Of a DNA stretch of 64,000 nt, positions 9,601 to 22,000 are shown piece after piece; positions within the stretch are counted from its first letter, which is position 1, and each line of letters opens with the position of its first letter. The DNA comes from a virus, in IMG/VR virus record IMGVR_UViG_3300025133_000036, positions 1 to 64,000 of that record. One strand, given 5' to 3'. A program made the translations under genes and the position numbers. Under the pieces are notes generated by a model that was not told where the DNA came from, made no database searches, and saw only the letters and a program-made list of their open reading frames with translations.

Positions 9601-9781
9601 CGATGAAGGATGGGGTACATTAGATAGTGATAATCTAAATAATACCCATCAATTATTTCAATACCTAAAAACTCGTTATCAATTTAGTTTAGTTATATCG
9701 CATATTGATGCGATGAGAGATTTTACTGACCAATTACTTGAAATTGAAGTCGAAAATGGATTTAGTAAAATTACGTTCTAG
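6617..9781 (+). CDS. Fused Mre11/SbcD nuclease-Rad50/SbcC ATPase (T4 gp47-gp46-like)
   Basis: Metallophosphoesterase motifs (HISDIQ, GGDIAH, AGNHD, YHG, LGDIH), then Walker A SPNTSGKSS, coiled coil with CEYC hook, signature ASGME, Walker B IAIDEG and VISH, all in one frame. Confidence 0.9.
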   Translation: MIINTKFDTLKKIYHISDIQIRNLKRHKEYEQVFEGLYKYMRQDPENSICYIGGDIAHSKTDMSPELIDQLSRLFVNLADICPTLIIAGNHDCNLNNRSRLDVLTPIVNNLNHPDLHYLKDTGIYYVGGVGFAVLDVWDDDVKSIPNPKDIKSDTKVLLYHGTVDKAETDLGFALPSEVKTKHFNGYDMVLLGDIHKFQTLQEYKPGKTTKPIIRYCGSLVQQNHGETLLGHGVSVWDIKTRSFKHEEIPNEYGYYTIDIENGLVPNVNDLPKKARLRVRVKNTSNTDLKKALTIIKHRHNIAETSIIRMDNLKVKNAGTELEFGDIGDPDVQYKLIVDYISDIKSVKAKTLDEIKTIHKELSSGITTNNIALRNINWKLKHFEFSNMFAYGENNSIDFERCNGVVGLFSPNTSGKSSVLDALSFCLFDKSSRAYLANHIMNHSKNNFYCKATFTIANDEYTIERTGYIGRKGNVKVDVDFCKLNASGKKVSLNGDQRNTTNKNIRALIGTYEDFILTSFSSQTNNSVFLDCNQTEKKDILARFLGLGVFDQLYDLAQKESSGLHSMLKNFMDVDYDQQIADIEDELSTIQKTRNEIDTKHSKKENQVNAYDEKLISTVKELRPIDSSIEPIDDLQLKLKTIDTTIMVHQEKKNTLETTLLDQSEKVDILSNRLKSSKFKKIRTKKAEYDTLSEQRITAKINIDKLKIEVRNKLDKIDKLGNLEHDPDCEYCMSNPFTLDAIRTKDQLEDDKQKSSTVLKQLKTIENELFIHKEVPEFFTDFKALTDEELVSTGCVANTKTLIKTRSDAIDTALMEKKYLQENIRRSRKYQKDIKHNDKIQDMLDDLKSKQNIVKVELRALGQDLHHYTGKKVGLEAKKQEIVDTIEKVKELEAKYEAYKLYLLATNKNGVSYNLISKILSTVESEVNEILTQIVDFSLVFEMDGKSINAYICYDDDKSWPLDLASGMERFIASLAIRIALTNVSNLPRTNFIAIDEGWGTLDSDNLNNTHQLFQYLKTRYQFSLVISHIDAMRDFTDQLLEIEVENGFSKITF

Positions 9782-9968
9782 TTTCACTTTTTAAGACCCG
9801 TATATTATTTTTAATCGGTGTAGTATTTTCTACACTATCTTTGAATTCCTTCATAAGTTTGTTTAAAAACGAAGAAAAACTTCTGTATTCGTTTGCGCTG
9901 TGAGATTTGATCCACTGAGAAAGTTCAATATCCAGATACACGCAGTACTTTTTTTTATTTTTATCCAT
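9771..9968 (-). CDS. Ribbon-helix-helix (Arc/CopG-like) DNA-binding protein
   Basis: Start at 9968 (AAGGA upstream) gives 65 aa, MDKNKKKYCVYLDIELSQWIKSHSANEYRSFSSFLNKLMKE: alternating beta strand, helix, RS-x-S turn, helix. Confidence 0.6.
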   Translation of the reverse strand: MDKNKKKYCVYLDIELSQWIKSHSANEYRSFSSFLNKLMKEFKDSVENTTPIKNNIRVLKSETRT

Positions 9969-10035
9969 GATATAATCCTTATATAGTTTATATATAGTTG
10001 AACTGAATAAATCACTCAAGCTTTATACTTTTACG

Positions 10036-10044
10036 ATATTTATT
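10036..10044 (+). promoter_or_regulatory. ATATTTATT putative late-promoter motif
   Basis: Intergenic, about 30 nt upstream of the 10074 start; matches the recurring motif. Confidence 0.5.
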
Positions 10045-10073
10045 GATGACATCTTTGTTCACATAGGAATACC

Positions 10074-13000
10074 ATGGCCGTAAAACAAAAATCAGTAAAA
10101 ATTCAAAATTTAAACCAGTTCAATGCTTTCATTGAAGAATCTGGGGCCGTTTCGGAGTATTTCAATATAACCGATGTACCAGATGAATTACCTTTAGGTA
10201 AATCTTCACTTTTATTGATGGGTTCTCAATATCTTAAAGAGAACGTCACATTAAAATTAGAACTTATTGATAATATCGGAAATCCGGTTTATTTGGAACC
10301 TGTATACAATTATAAAGAAACAGGTGGGATAAGAGTCGGTCTTGAGATATATAATTCTGTTGCAGCAGGAGCTGCAGAACTTGTAATATTAGGTGAAATA
10401 GATCCAGCCAAAGTTGACTTTGATATTCCATCAGAATTTCAAGGGGTATACAATGTAAAATATTCGCGTCCTCTTACGATTAATAAGGCTATTCCAAATA
10501 CTAGGCCTATAAAATTTTATAAACGACCCATACCCATAATAAGTGAAATAATCAAAGGTCAAATAACGCCTTCATCAACGACAACGGGTTCAAATGTACA
10601 AACAACGGGAACAATTGTTGGACTACCTGCTACCAATACTGAAGGTAATTCTTTTCAAATAGATTCGGCTCATTATGGCGAAATTCCAACATATACTGAT
10701 AATCAATACGGTTATTCGCCGATAGGCAATACACAAGAATATGTTTCTCCAAATGATACTTCTTATTTGTTTTCATTTCCTGATGGATCTACTACTGAAT
10801 TTTCATCTTCAATGGTTGGAGGAACATTAACTATATCGTCGCCTCAAGCGACCCCAACATTTGTCACAACAAGTCAAATGATTGTTCCGTCTTATTCCGC
10901 ACGAATAAGTAAGGTCGTCAACAAAAAGACAATAAGAGTTCAAAAACCCTTTGGATTATATGATTCAGGTTCTGGGCAATATTTAATTAGTCCAATCGAG
11001 GCTAGCAGCTACCAGATAAATTGGCCAAAACCGTCTGAATTTAATACAAGCAGTGTAAATTTTAAATCGTTTGCAAATGTCGTATTGTCTAATGTTCGAA
11101 CATTTTCTGGAGACGTTTATCGAATAGCGGCATACGTTAAAAATAACGGACCGTTTGGAAACTGGAATAAAGTTATTGATACACCTGTTGAAGCTCCAGA
11201 GCTCTTACAGGATACTCTTTCCCTTACAGGTACTGCTCGAATTGGGTATTTTGCTTCTGATACAATAGTTTCCAAATATTGGAATGAAACAGGAGGTGGA
11301 TCCGCTAATCCATTCGCTACATCAACCGTTTTTCAAACGTATTCAACCGATGAATATTTAGTTGATTCAGTTTTCATTTCTTCATCCGCCGCAAATATGC
11401 TTGATGGCGATACAGATCATCATGTTTTAGCGTTAAAACCGCAATATTCTATGAGTTTTGCAAAGAACACTTCTTATACGCTGACATTTGATACAATATG
11501 CGACAACAGAGGCGGTATTGGTTCGAAACCAAAGATGACCTTCTTTATGTCCGGATCTGCTTTTACTCTCGCTGAAAATACTACAAATCAAAATGCAGGT
11601 TTTGGACGAGCGATAGCACAAATAAAATTTCCTGATTCAGTTAACTCTTTAAGAGGGTTAGAACAAACTCGACACGAAGCTACTTTTGAGCCGGATTTTG
11701 ATGGAACTGCTATACTTCAAATAAAAACCACTCATGGACATTGGCACCTTGCAAATTTATCATTAAGAGCTGCAACTGATACAAATTTTTCACCGGATAT
11801 AATCCAGCTAACAGCTCCTGTTCCTGCACTCCAAACTCGACCGGATAATCTAGATTTCGCATTTGAATTCTATAATAGTAACAATGAAAAATCTGAAACA
11901 GTAATAACAACCTTACCTGATAATCCGGATGGCGTAGTTTTCCAAGGTGAAAATATGAATATCCTTGGAAATGACAATACAATTGAAGGATCTATTTTTA
12001 TTGGAGGAGAAACCACCGGAAGTGGTATTCAAATGGGAGGAATCTCATCGACATTACCTGAAACAGGAGGTGACGGTGCAACTGGATCTGGATTTATCAG
12101 ATCTGTACAATATAGAGGATTTAAAAGTTCAAGTTTAAATGATGAACATACCGGTTGGATGATTTATAGTGGTTCAGTATTACCGGATTCAGGAGATAAT
12201 TATGCAGGTGTCGGATTAGAGCTTGCCGGCAAATCGGGAAGTTTAAGATTTAGCACAATACCTTCTAGATTTGAAGTTGTAGCCGATGCATTTTTCGTAG
12301 GAAACACAAATACACAATTCATCTCTGGTTCAGGCGGAATAATTGAAATAAGTTCATCTGCATTCCATTTGTCTTCAAGCGGCGATGTAGTTGTCTCTGG
12401 ATCGATTACGGCCACATCAGGCGATATTGGTAATTGGAAAATAGTCGATGGAATGTTAAGCGGAAGTAACGCAACATTAGATGCAAACGGTTCTGCACTT
12501 TATAAATCGGATCAAGGCCCTGACACAAACCCTAACGATGGATATTACATTGATTTTACACCTGGAGGATATTATGTACGATTCGGTTCCGACTTTGCAG
12601 TATCATCTTCAGGTACATTAATTGCAAGTGGTGCAATAATTGAAGGGGTTCTTACGTCTTCTGCTGGGTATATCGGTAATTGGACTATAGGTTCGGATTC
12701 AATTCATAAATCAACAGGTGGAAAATACTCCGGCCTTTCGTCTATTGGTAATACTCGTTTCTTTGCGGGCGCGGACTCGTTATCAACAAGTGGAAGTGCT
12801 CCATTTAATGTAAAATCTTCTGGCGACGTAAGTGCATCTAATATTTTACTTGGAAATAAGTCGTCTGCAAATTATTTAGAGTACTTGAATGGAGCATTGA
12901 CCGTCCAAGGAACTATCACAGCAAATGCAATACGTACACCTGCTATAATTGGTGGATCGGTATCTACTGAACAGAATGCATCTGCGTCTATAAATGCACA

Positions 13001-16000
13001 AGGATTCGCTTCATTTAAGTCTGCATCTATAGCCGGCTTTGAAATCGCTCCTTCAACTATTACGTCAACCGACGATTCACTGATATTAAAATCAGGTGGA
13101 GAAATGACTGGATCTTCAATATTACTTGGAAATAAAGGAGCTGGCCAATTTCTTCAATATAAAGGAAGCACATTAACAGTACAAGGTGATATTACCGCAA
13201 ATAATATTAGAACTCCTGCCACAATTGGAGGTAGTCCGTCTACAGATAGCAATGCTTCATCATCTATTAATACACAAGGATTCGCAAGTTTTAAATCAGC
13301 GTCCATTGGCGGATTCGAAGTTTCTGCTACACAAATAAATTCTACAAACGATAATTTAATATTAAAATCAAATGGACAAATCACAGCTTCAGCAGCTAGA
13401 ATAGTTGGTAGTGATATTGATATAGATGTTGAGAATTTTGAATTAGACACTACTGGACTTGAATTATCTTCAACAGAAGCTTCAATGTCATTGGGAACTG
13501 GTAATGAGATTGTTATAAGAGGTAATAGTAATAGCCCATATATCAGTATACAACCAAGTTTAGCTCTCCCAGATAAAATTTATGGTGACACAGGAATAAT
13601 GCTTGCAGTTGCGGCCGGCTCAACACCATTATTTTCAGCCGTAGGAACCGGTGGACATATAAAATTTAACGGCACCAGTCTTGATATCAGTACAGATACT
13701 GCAGTTATAAGTGGAAGTTCAATTACATTGGAAACACCTAAATTCTTTTTAGGAAGTAAGGGTACACAATTTGTAAGTGGTTCAGGCGGAAGTATTGAAA
13801 TAAGTTCATCTGCTTTTCATTTAACGCGACAAGGTAATGTAACAGCATCACAGTTTCTATTAGAAGGCGGTAAAATTTCTGGATCAAATGTTGAAATAAT
13901 TGTACCGCAATTTAAATTAGACACAACACGATTTGACGTCGATTCAGAGGTAGGAACATTATCATTAGGTGCCGGTGTTAATATGACACAAGGATCAGGA
14001 GTTTTCTTTTCATCGTCAGGTGATTTTAAAATGGGCGATCCAAACGGAAATATAAAATTTAGTGAAGGTTCTTTTTCAATCACAGGATCTGACATTAATA
14101 TTGATGTTACACAATTAAACATTTCCGCATCAGGATTTACATTATCAAGTCCTCAGGCTTCAATGTCACTTGGAAACAATAAAGAATTATTATTACACGC
14201 AACTGGTGGAACTGGCGGAGTACCAATATTAAAAATGGATGGTGGTGAAATATCCTCATCTAATTTCTTTTTATCTACTACTGGTGAAATAACAGGTTCA
14301 GCTGGAAAAATTGGTGGATGGACAATTGGAAATTCCACATTGTCTGGAACGAATATAACATTAGATTCTTCAGGAACTATTCAAACTGCAGATTACTCTA
14401 GTGGAGTTAAAGGATGGAAAATTGATCAATCTGGCGAAGCTGAATTTGAAAACGCAACAATAAGAGGAACATTAGCAACTGTTACTTTTGAAAAAGAAAG
14501 TATTAATGCGGTAGGCGGACAATTATGGGTTGCAAATTCAACTGCAATATCCGGAAGTACAGTAGGTGTATCTGCAGCCACAATGAGCGTAGTAAATGCA
14601 TCAGGCTTTGTTGCGAATGAATATTTAATAATTAAAAAGGAAACAGGATCAGGCTTTAATCAGGAAGTTGTAAAAGTTGTAAGTTCTTCTATTACAGGAA
14701 ATGGAACGAATGACTTTGCTGGAAACATTATGGTAACAAGAGCCGTAAGTGGTTCAGCAACAACTTATGAAGAAGGACAAGTAATAGTTTCAACAGGTGT
14801 TAGCGAAAGCGGTTACATAAGAATAAACGCAAATCCTTCCGATGCTGCGACCCCTTATATCGATATTGTTGAAAGAACAGGAAGTGCATACCCAGATTTT
14901 GAATTAAAAGCTCGTCTAGGCGATTTAAGTGGAATCAGTTCTGCAAAAGTTGGTACAGATCCAGGTTTTGGTTTATTTAGTGAAAATGTATTTTTAACTG
15001 GTAAAATAACCGCAACCTCTGGTGAGATTGGTGGATACGCAATTACATCAAACGCCATATCAAGTTCTAATGATAAATTAATACTAAAATCAAACGGTCA
15101 GATTACTGGTTCAAACGTATTATTTACTGATGGTAAAATTGCAGGTTGGAATATTAGTTCAACAAATTTAACAAGTCCAGGTGCTGGAATTAGACTTAAT
15201 GGAAATGGAGATAATGCAGAAATATCCGTAAACACTCATGTTTTTGGAAGTGAAGGAATCCAACTGGGTTATAATAGTGGAAATCCAAGATTTTACGCTG
15301 GTGATGGTGCCCAAAACTTTTTAAGATATGATACGAGTAATGGCGTATCAGTTAAAACAACTCGATTTGAATTAGATACTACGAATTTAGTCCTTTCATC
15401 AACAGAATCAAGTATGAGCCTTGGTGAAGGAAAAATTAAATTAATTGGCCAAACTGTTCCAGTAATAAAAGTTGCAGGAGGAGAAATATCTGCTTCTAAT
15501 TTCTTTGTATCAAAAGATGGAAACCTTACAGCTAGCAATGCTCAGTTCCAAGGTGAACTAACTTCATCTGCAGCATTAATTGGCGGATGGACAGTTGATT
15601 CGAATTCTATTCAAAAAGGTCAAACGATATTAAGTGCTTCTGATGACCCAGGATTGTATATTCAAGATGCTTTTACTAATAATATGGTTACCGTTGCAAG
15701 TAGCAGCTTGCATGTTATTGGTTCAGATCCAGACGAAATGGAAAATGATAGTTTTGAAGTTGATCCATTAAGTAGTTTTTCTTCAGCTGGCTACCATGTT
15801 GGAACAACCGCTTCACCATTGTCTGTTGTTAGTTGGTCTATTGCTTCGACAGGTCCCGTTTCACACTCAATAACAAAAAGGTCAGGTGCACCATTTACAG
15901 ATTTTAATGAAGCAGTACTTGGCGATTTTACGCTTGATATTGTCCATCCAGGTACTTTAGCACCTGTTGCAGGATTAAGTAGAAGTTTAGCCGTCGCAAG

Positions 16001-19000
16001 CCAATCTTATTTAGCCGGCAACACATATGAAGTCTCGCAAATTGTAAGTGCAAGTTCCGCAGCAGGAACTGTTTGGAAAGCCGGCAATGTCGTTTCATTT
16101 GCTGGAGTTGGAAAATTTTCACATTCTCTTTCAGGAAAAGGATATGATAGAGGTTTACAATCCCAAAAATATAAAGTTGAATATTGGAATGGCTCAAGTT
16201 GGACAATGTTTATTCCAAAATCCGGATCAAGAAGTGACAGAGGTGGATATGCTCAATATAGACTTGGATCTCGATATGGTTCAATTTCTGCAGGAGCAGA
16301 ATTACCCGCAAACTCTTCAAAATTAAAAGTAACATTGTCAGGATCAATAAATCCGGATACCTCATATAAAAAGAAACGTGCGATTTATCAAGGACATGTC
16401 GTTGATCCAATGTCAGATGTTCTCCCGGGCAAAACTGCCGTTAAAGAAGTTGAAGAAGATATTAAGTTAAATGATGAATCATCCGCAAAATATCCATATA
16501 CCGAAATAACTTTTGATAATTTTAGATTAAGACAGTCTCAACCAAGAGTACAGTTGACACCTGAAGGATTTTTATTATACGCATCGGATTCTTCTTATCT
16601 TAAAATGACACCGGAAGGTATTGATTTTAGAGGCGGTCAAGGTTTTTCACAAACATCAACAATGTTAGCCGGAGATAGTAATTCAGACAATATAGACGTT
16701 TATGGTTCTTTTGCTGGACCATCGCTTCAAGCGTATGAAGCTGATACTGCCGATGTAGGTGCATCCGCTTTCCAAGGTAACGTTGGTGAATACGCAATGG
16801 GTAATCATCGACACAAATTAAATTTTAGTACAATCAATGACGTATTAAGTGGTGCAACAATAACAAATGGAATATGGAATTCAAATTTTGGTGCTATACC
16901 AGCAGCACTTATTTCTGGATCGTGGCAATCACAAGATTTTGCAAATCTAACTCCTGCTAAAATCTCTGGATCATGGCAATCGCAAGACTTTGCAAATCTA
17001 ACTCCTGCCAAAATCTCTGGATCATGGCAATCGCAAGACTTTGCAAATCTAACTCCTGCTAAAATCTCTGGATCATGGCAATCGCAAGACTTTGCAAATC
17101 TAACTCCTGCCAAAATCTCTGGATCTTGGGCCTCTTCTGGTGCGATTGCTAATTCTTATTTGGCAAATGACGGTATAACAATAGCAGGTAATGATATATC
17201 ACTTGGTGGCACAATAACATCTATAACAATTTTAAATGGAACAGGAGTAATTTCACAATCTGCGCAATTACCCGATGGATTAGTTTCATCTTCTGCATTC
17301 TCTTCACCAAGTCAAGGTACAATACGAGCAACACTAAATGGTTCAACGACTGATGTCGATTCAGGCCTTCAATCCGGCGATTCTCCACAGTTTACCGACT
17401 TAACATTAACTGGAAATTTAACTGTACAGGGAACTCAAACAATAATTGATTCAACCACATTAAATATTGGTGATAATATAATCGAACTTAATGCTGGAAC
17501 AAGTGACGGTGGATTATACATAAAAGAAACTCAAGGTGGAGCAGCAACAGGATCTTTATTATGGGATGTTAGTGCAAATAGATGGATCGGTGGATTAAAA
17601 GATAGTGAAGTTACTATACCGACAATTACATCTACTGATACTCTTACAAACAAAACAATTAATGCATCAAATAATACTCTTTCAAATATTCCCAACAGCG
17701 CATTAACAAATACTTCTGTTAGCTATGGTGGAATTTCAATTGCACTTGGCAGTTCTGATGCAACACCCGCGTTTGATTTATCTGATGCAACAAGTTTACC
17801 TATAGTTGCTGGAACAACTGGAACTTTAAGTGTTGCAAGAGGTGGTATAGGGGCTACATCATTAACTGATCTGATTACTTTAGGGTCACATACGACTGGA
17901 AATTACATGACGGATGTTTCAGTTGGAACTGGTTTAGATGTTTCACATACTCCTGCTGAAGGTTCGACGGCAACAGTAAGTTTAGATCTAACTGAAGTCG
18001 GTTTTGGTGGAGGAGCAAACAGAATTATTACTGACGATGCAGATGGAACAGTATCAACTGAAGCAAATCTTACATTCAGCAGTCCATTGTTAACGATTGG
18101 AGGCGGTTCAGCTGCGTCCGTAACATCGCAACTTAGATTGGCATACGGCGCAACCGATTATCACGACATAAAAACCATTTATAATGGCTCAACTAGTTCA
18201 GCAAATAAAATAATTTTTGCTTTAGAAAATTCAACAGCTGCCGCTACTGCCGAAGTCTTAACATTAAGAGGTGATGGTACCATTGGAATTAATCAAACAG
18301 CTCCATCGTATGGATTAGATGTTACTGGAACAGGAAGATTTACCGCGAATGTAGATTTCGGATCCGGAATCGATATAACAGGAGATATTACAGTCACCGG
18401 CACAGTTGATGGCAGAGATGTTGCAACTGATGGAACAAAATTAGACGGTATAGAATCAAGTGCTACTGCAGATCAGACAGCAAGCGAAATACTAACTGCA
18501 ATAAAAACTGTTGATGGAACTTCAAGCGGATTAGATGCAGATTTATTAGATGGACAAGAGGGAACTTACTACTTAGATTTTACAAATATCACGGTTACAT
18601 CAGGAGAAGTTTCAAATGCGATGTTAGCTAACAGTTCCGTTAGTCTTGGTGGCATTTCGGTTTCACTCGGAAGCAGTGATGCAACACCAGCATTTGATTT
18701 ATCTGATGCAACAAGCTTACCTTTGTCTACCGGAACCACCGGAACACTTGCCGTAGGACGAGGAGGTACTGGAACAACAACATTAACTGATGGTGGAATT
18801 TTACTTGGCAGTGGAACAGGGGCTATAACTGCAATGAGTGCTCTTGCTGATGGTCAAATGATTGTCGGTGATGGATCAACAGATCCTGTCGCAGAAAGTG
18901 GAGCAACATTAAGAACTTCAATCGGAGTTGGTCTAACGGATTCTCCTCAATTTACGAATTTAACATTAACTGGAAATTTAACAGTAGAAGGATCTCAAAC

Positions 19001-22000
19001 AATAATAGATTCGACTACATTGAATATTGGTGACAGAATAATCGAGTTAAATGCTGCAAAAGCGGCTGGAGATGGTGGACTTTACGTAAGAGATCAATCA
19101 ACCGCAGAAACCGGGTCATTATTATGGGATGTCGATCAAAATAGATGGATTGGAGGTTTAAAAGATTCGGAAGTTAATTTAGTAACAATAGATTCTTCAG
19201 ATACACTAACAAATAAAACTTTAACAACCCCAACAATTTCAGCAACCGGTTGGACAAATGCAAATCATACGCACGCAGGAAGCACAACGGGCGGTCAACT
19301 TGCAGCTACAGCTATTAGTGATTTTGATACTGAAGTAGCAAATAATACGGCGGTTGCGGCCAACACTCTTAAAGAAACAAACGTTACTACAAACCTTTCT
19401 GTAAGCAGAGACGGTACAAAAATAGACATAGTATCTTCTGATGGAACTAATGCAGTTCTACCACTAGCTGATACGGATAATTGGGGCGTAATGTCTGATG
19501 AGATGTTTGATAAATTAGACGGCATAGAAACTAGCGCAGACGTAACTGATGCAACAAATGTAGAAGCTGCTGGCGCGTTAATGGATAGTGAATTAACAAG
19601 TATCGCGGATGTCAAAGCACTAAACCAATCAGTAGTTAGTGGCGCAACACCTACATTTACAACTACTAATTTTACAGACGCATCAAACAAAAGATTAATG
19701 ACAGATGCTCAAGAAACTTTATTAGATTCTGTTGAAACTAATGCAGACGTAACTGATGCAACAAATGTAGAAGCTGCTGGCGCGTTAATGGATAGTGAAG
19801 TTGATGCGGACATTAAGACGCTCTCACTTCCTGCAAGTACAACAATCTCCACATTTGGTGCATCACTTATAGATGATGCAGCTGCAACAAATGCAAGAAC
19901 AACTTTAGGATTAATAATCGGCACAGATGTTCAAGCTTTTGACGATCAATTAGCTTCAGTTGCAGGTTGGACTGCCGCACAAACAACTACTATAGGAAAC
20001 ATAGGTACTATTACTACTGCAGCTGATAAGATGATTTACACGACCGCCGCAGATACATTTACAGAAACTGCAATTACATCCTTTGGTAGAAGCATATTAG
20101 ACGATGCCGATGAAGCAGCATTTAAAGCTACCGTTAATCTTGAAATAGGAACTGACGTTCAAGCACAGGATGCTGGATTAGCATCCATCTCAGGATTAAC
20201 CACTGCAGCTGATAAAATGATTTACACTACTGCCGCTGACACTTATGCTGTGACTGGTTTAACATCTTTTGGTAGAAGTATATTAGATGATGCTGATGAG
20301 GCAGCATTTAAAGCTACCGTCAATCTTGAAATAGGAACTGATGTTCAAGCCCAAGATGCGGGATTAGCATCCATTGCAGGATTAACCACTGCCGCAGATA
20401 AGATGGTTTACACTACTGCCGCTGACACTTATGCTGTGACCGGTTTAACATCTTTTGGTAGAAGTATATTGGATGATGCCAATGAGGCAACATTTAAAGC
20501 TACCGTCAATCTTGAGATAGGTACTGACGTTCAAGCATATCATGCCACTTTAGATACAGTTTCTGCAGGTACTTATGCTGGTGATGATAGTATAGTAACT
20601 GTTGGTACAATTGCAACCGGTGAATGGAATGCAAGCGACATAGCACTTGGAACATACACAAGTGGAAATTATGTTGGAACATTATCTGTTGGGGCTGGTA
20701 TGGCCGCGGTTAATGCCGATGGTGAAGGCTCGTCTAAGACGATAGCAGTAGATGGTGTATTAGAAGATTTAGATACATTGGGTGCAGCAGCATCTGACGG
20801 ACAATTTATAGTAGCTACGGGTGCAGGTACTTTTGGATACGAAAGTACTACGGTAGCTAGAACAAGTCTTGGAGTAGGAACAGGAGACAGTCCATCATTC
20901 GCTGGATTAACTAGCACCGATGACATCATATTAGATGGCTCCGGCGATTCTATTTACAATACATTTGTTACAGGAATGTTCGGTACAGGCTGGTCAATTG
21001 ACTATGGCGCAAATGGATCATCTCTAGAAATAGATAATATTGTTGTTCGTAATACGTTACGGACTCACATATTCCAGAAAGATACTGTGAAGGCTTCAAA
21101 TGGAGCTCTTTACATTAGTGATTCTGGAGTCATTAATAGTTTTACTGGAACTACAGGTACCGGTACAGTTTCGTTTAAAGATGATAAGTCGGCAACGTTT
21201 GTAAGTGGATCTACGTTATGGTATAAAGATGCTCATCCAGATACTGGTACTATTGCTAGTGTTAAGTTTGGAATTACCGATAATGGTACAGCTGATACCC
21301 CAGTGGCTGATGCAACACAGTATGCTGTTATTATTGATAAGTACGTCGGAGGCACCGGTGGAGATAATGATAGTCTTGCTGATTTGGTTGTAGGTGGAAC
21401 TGCAGTTAGAATCTCAGGAGGAAGCTTACTATTAGACGCATCTTCAACGGCCGCTCCATTTATGGATGTTATTGATGATGCAGGCAATACGAGAGTAAGA
21501 GTTGGTCAGGTAAAACAATCAGCTGATTATGATAAGTACGGAATACTGGGCATGGATGGTAGCGGTAATAGGGTATTCGAAATTTCAGAACAAGTAAACG
21601 AAATAGCTGGATGGTCATTAACTACCGATGCTATTTCTAAGTCTAACATATCTTTAAACGCTACAAATCCAAGTTTAAGAGTAACGGATGGAACAAGAGA
21701 ACGAGTTAGAGTAGGAGATTTAAACGGTGTAGGTGGTTATACTACTGCAAAGTACGGAGTAATAGGATTTGATGGGACTGGGGTACTCGCAGCAGATGCA
21801 ACCTTCGAACTTTCAAATGAACGAAATATGATTGCCGGATGGGATTTAATTCCAGGTAATATACAGAGTGATAATTCCGGTGGTAGTGTAAGATTAAGTT
21901 CAACTGCACAAGCATTAACTATATGGACTGGCAGTATCAATGAAGCTCAACCTAAATTAGTATTAGGTAAATTGCCATTACATGATGGAACTGTAGACAA

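Noticed and set aside
16911-17129. 51-bp repeats as a CRISPR array
   Set aside because: Head-to-tail with no spacers, a multiple of 3, and varying only at synonymous sites.
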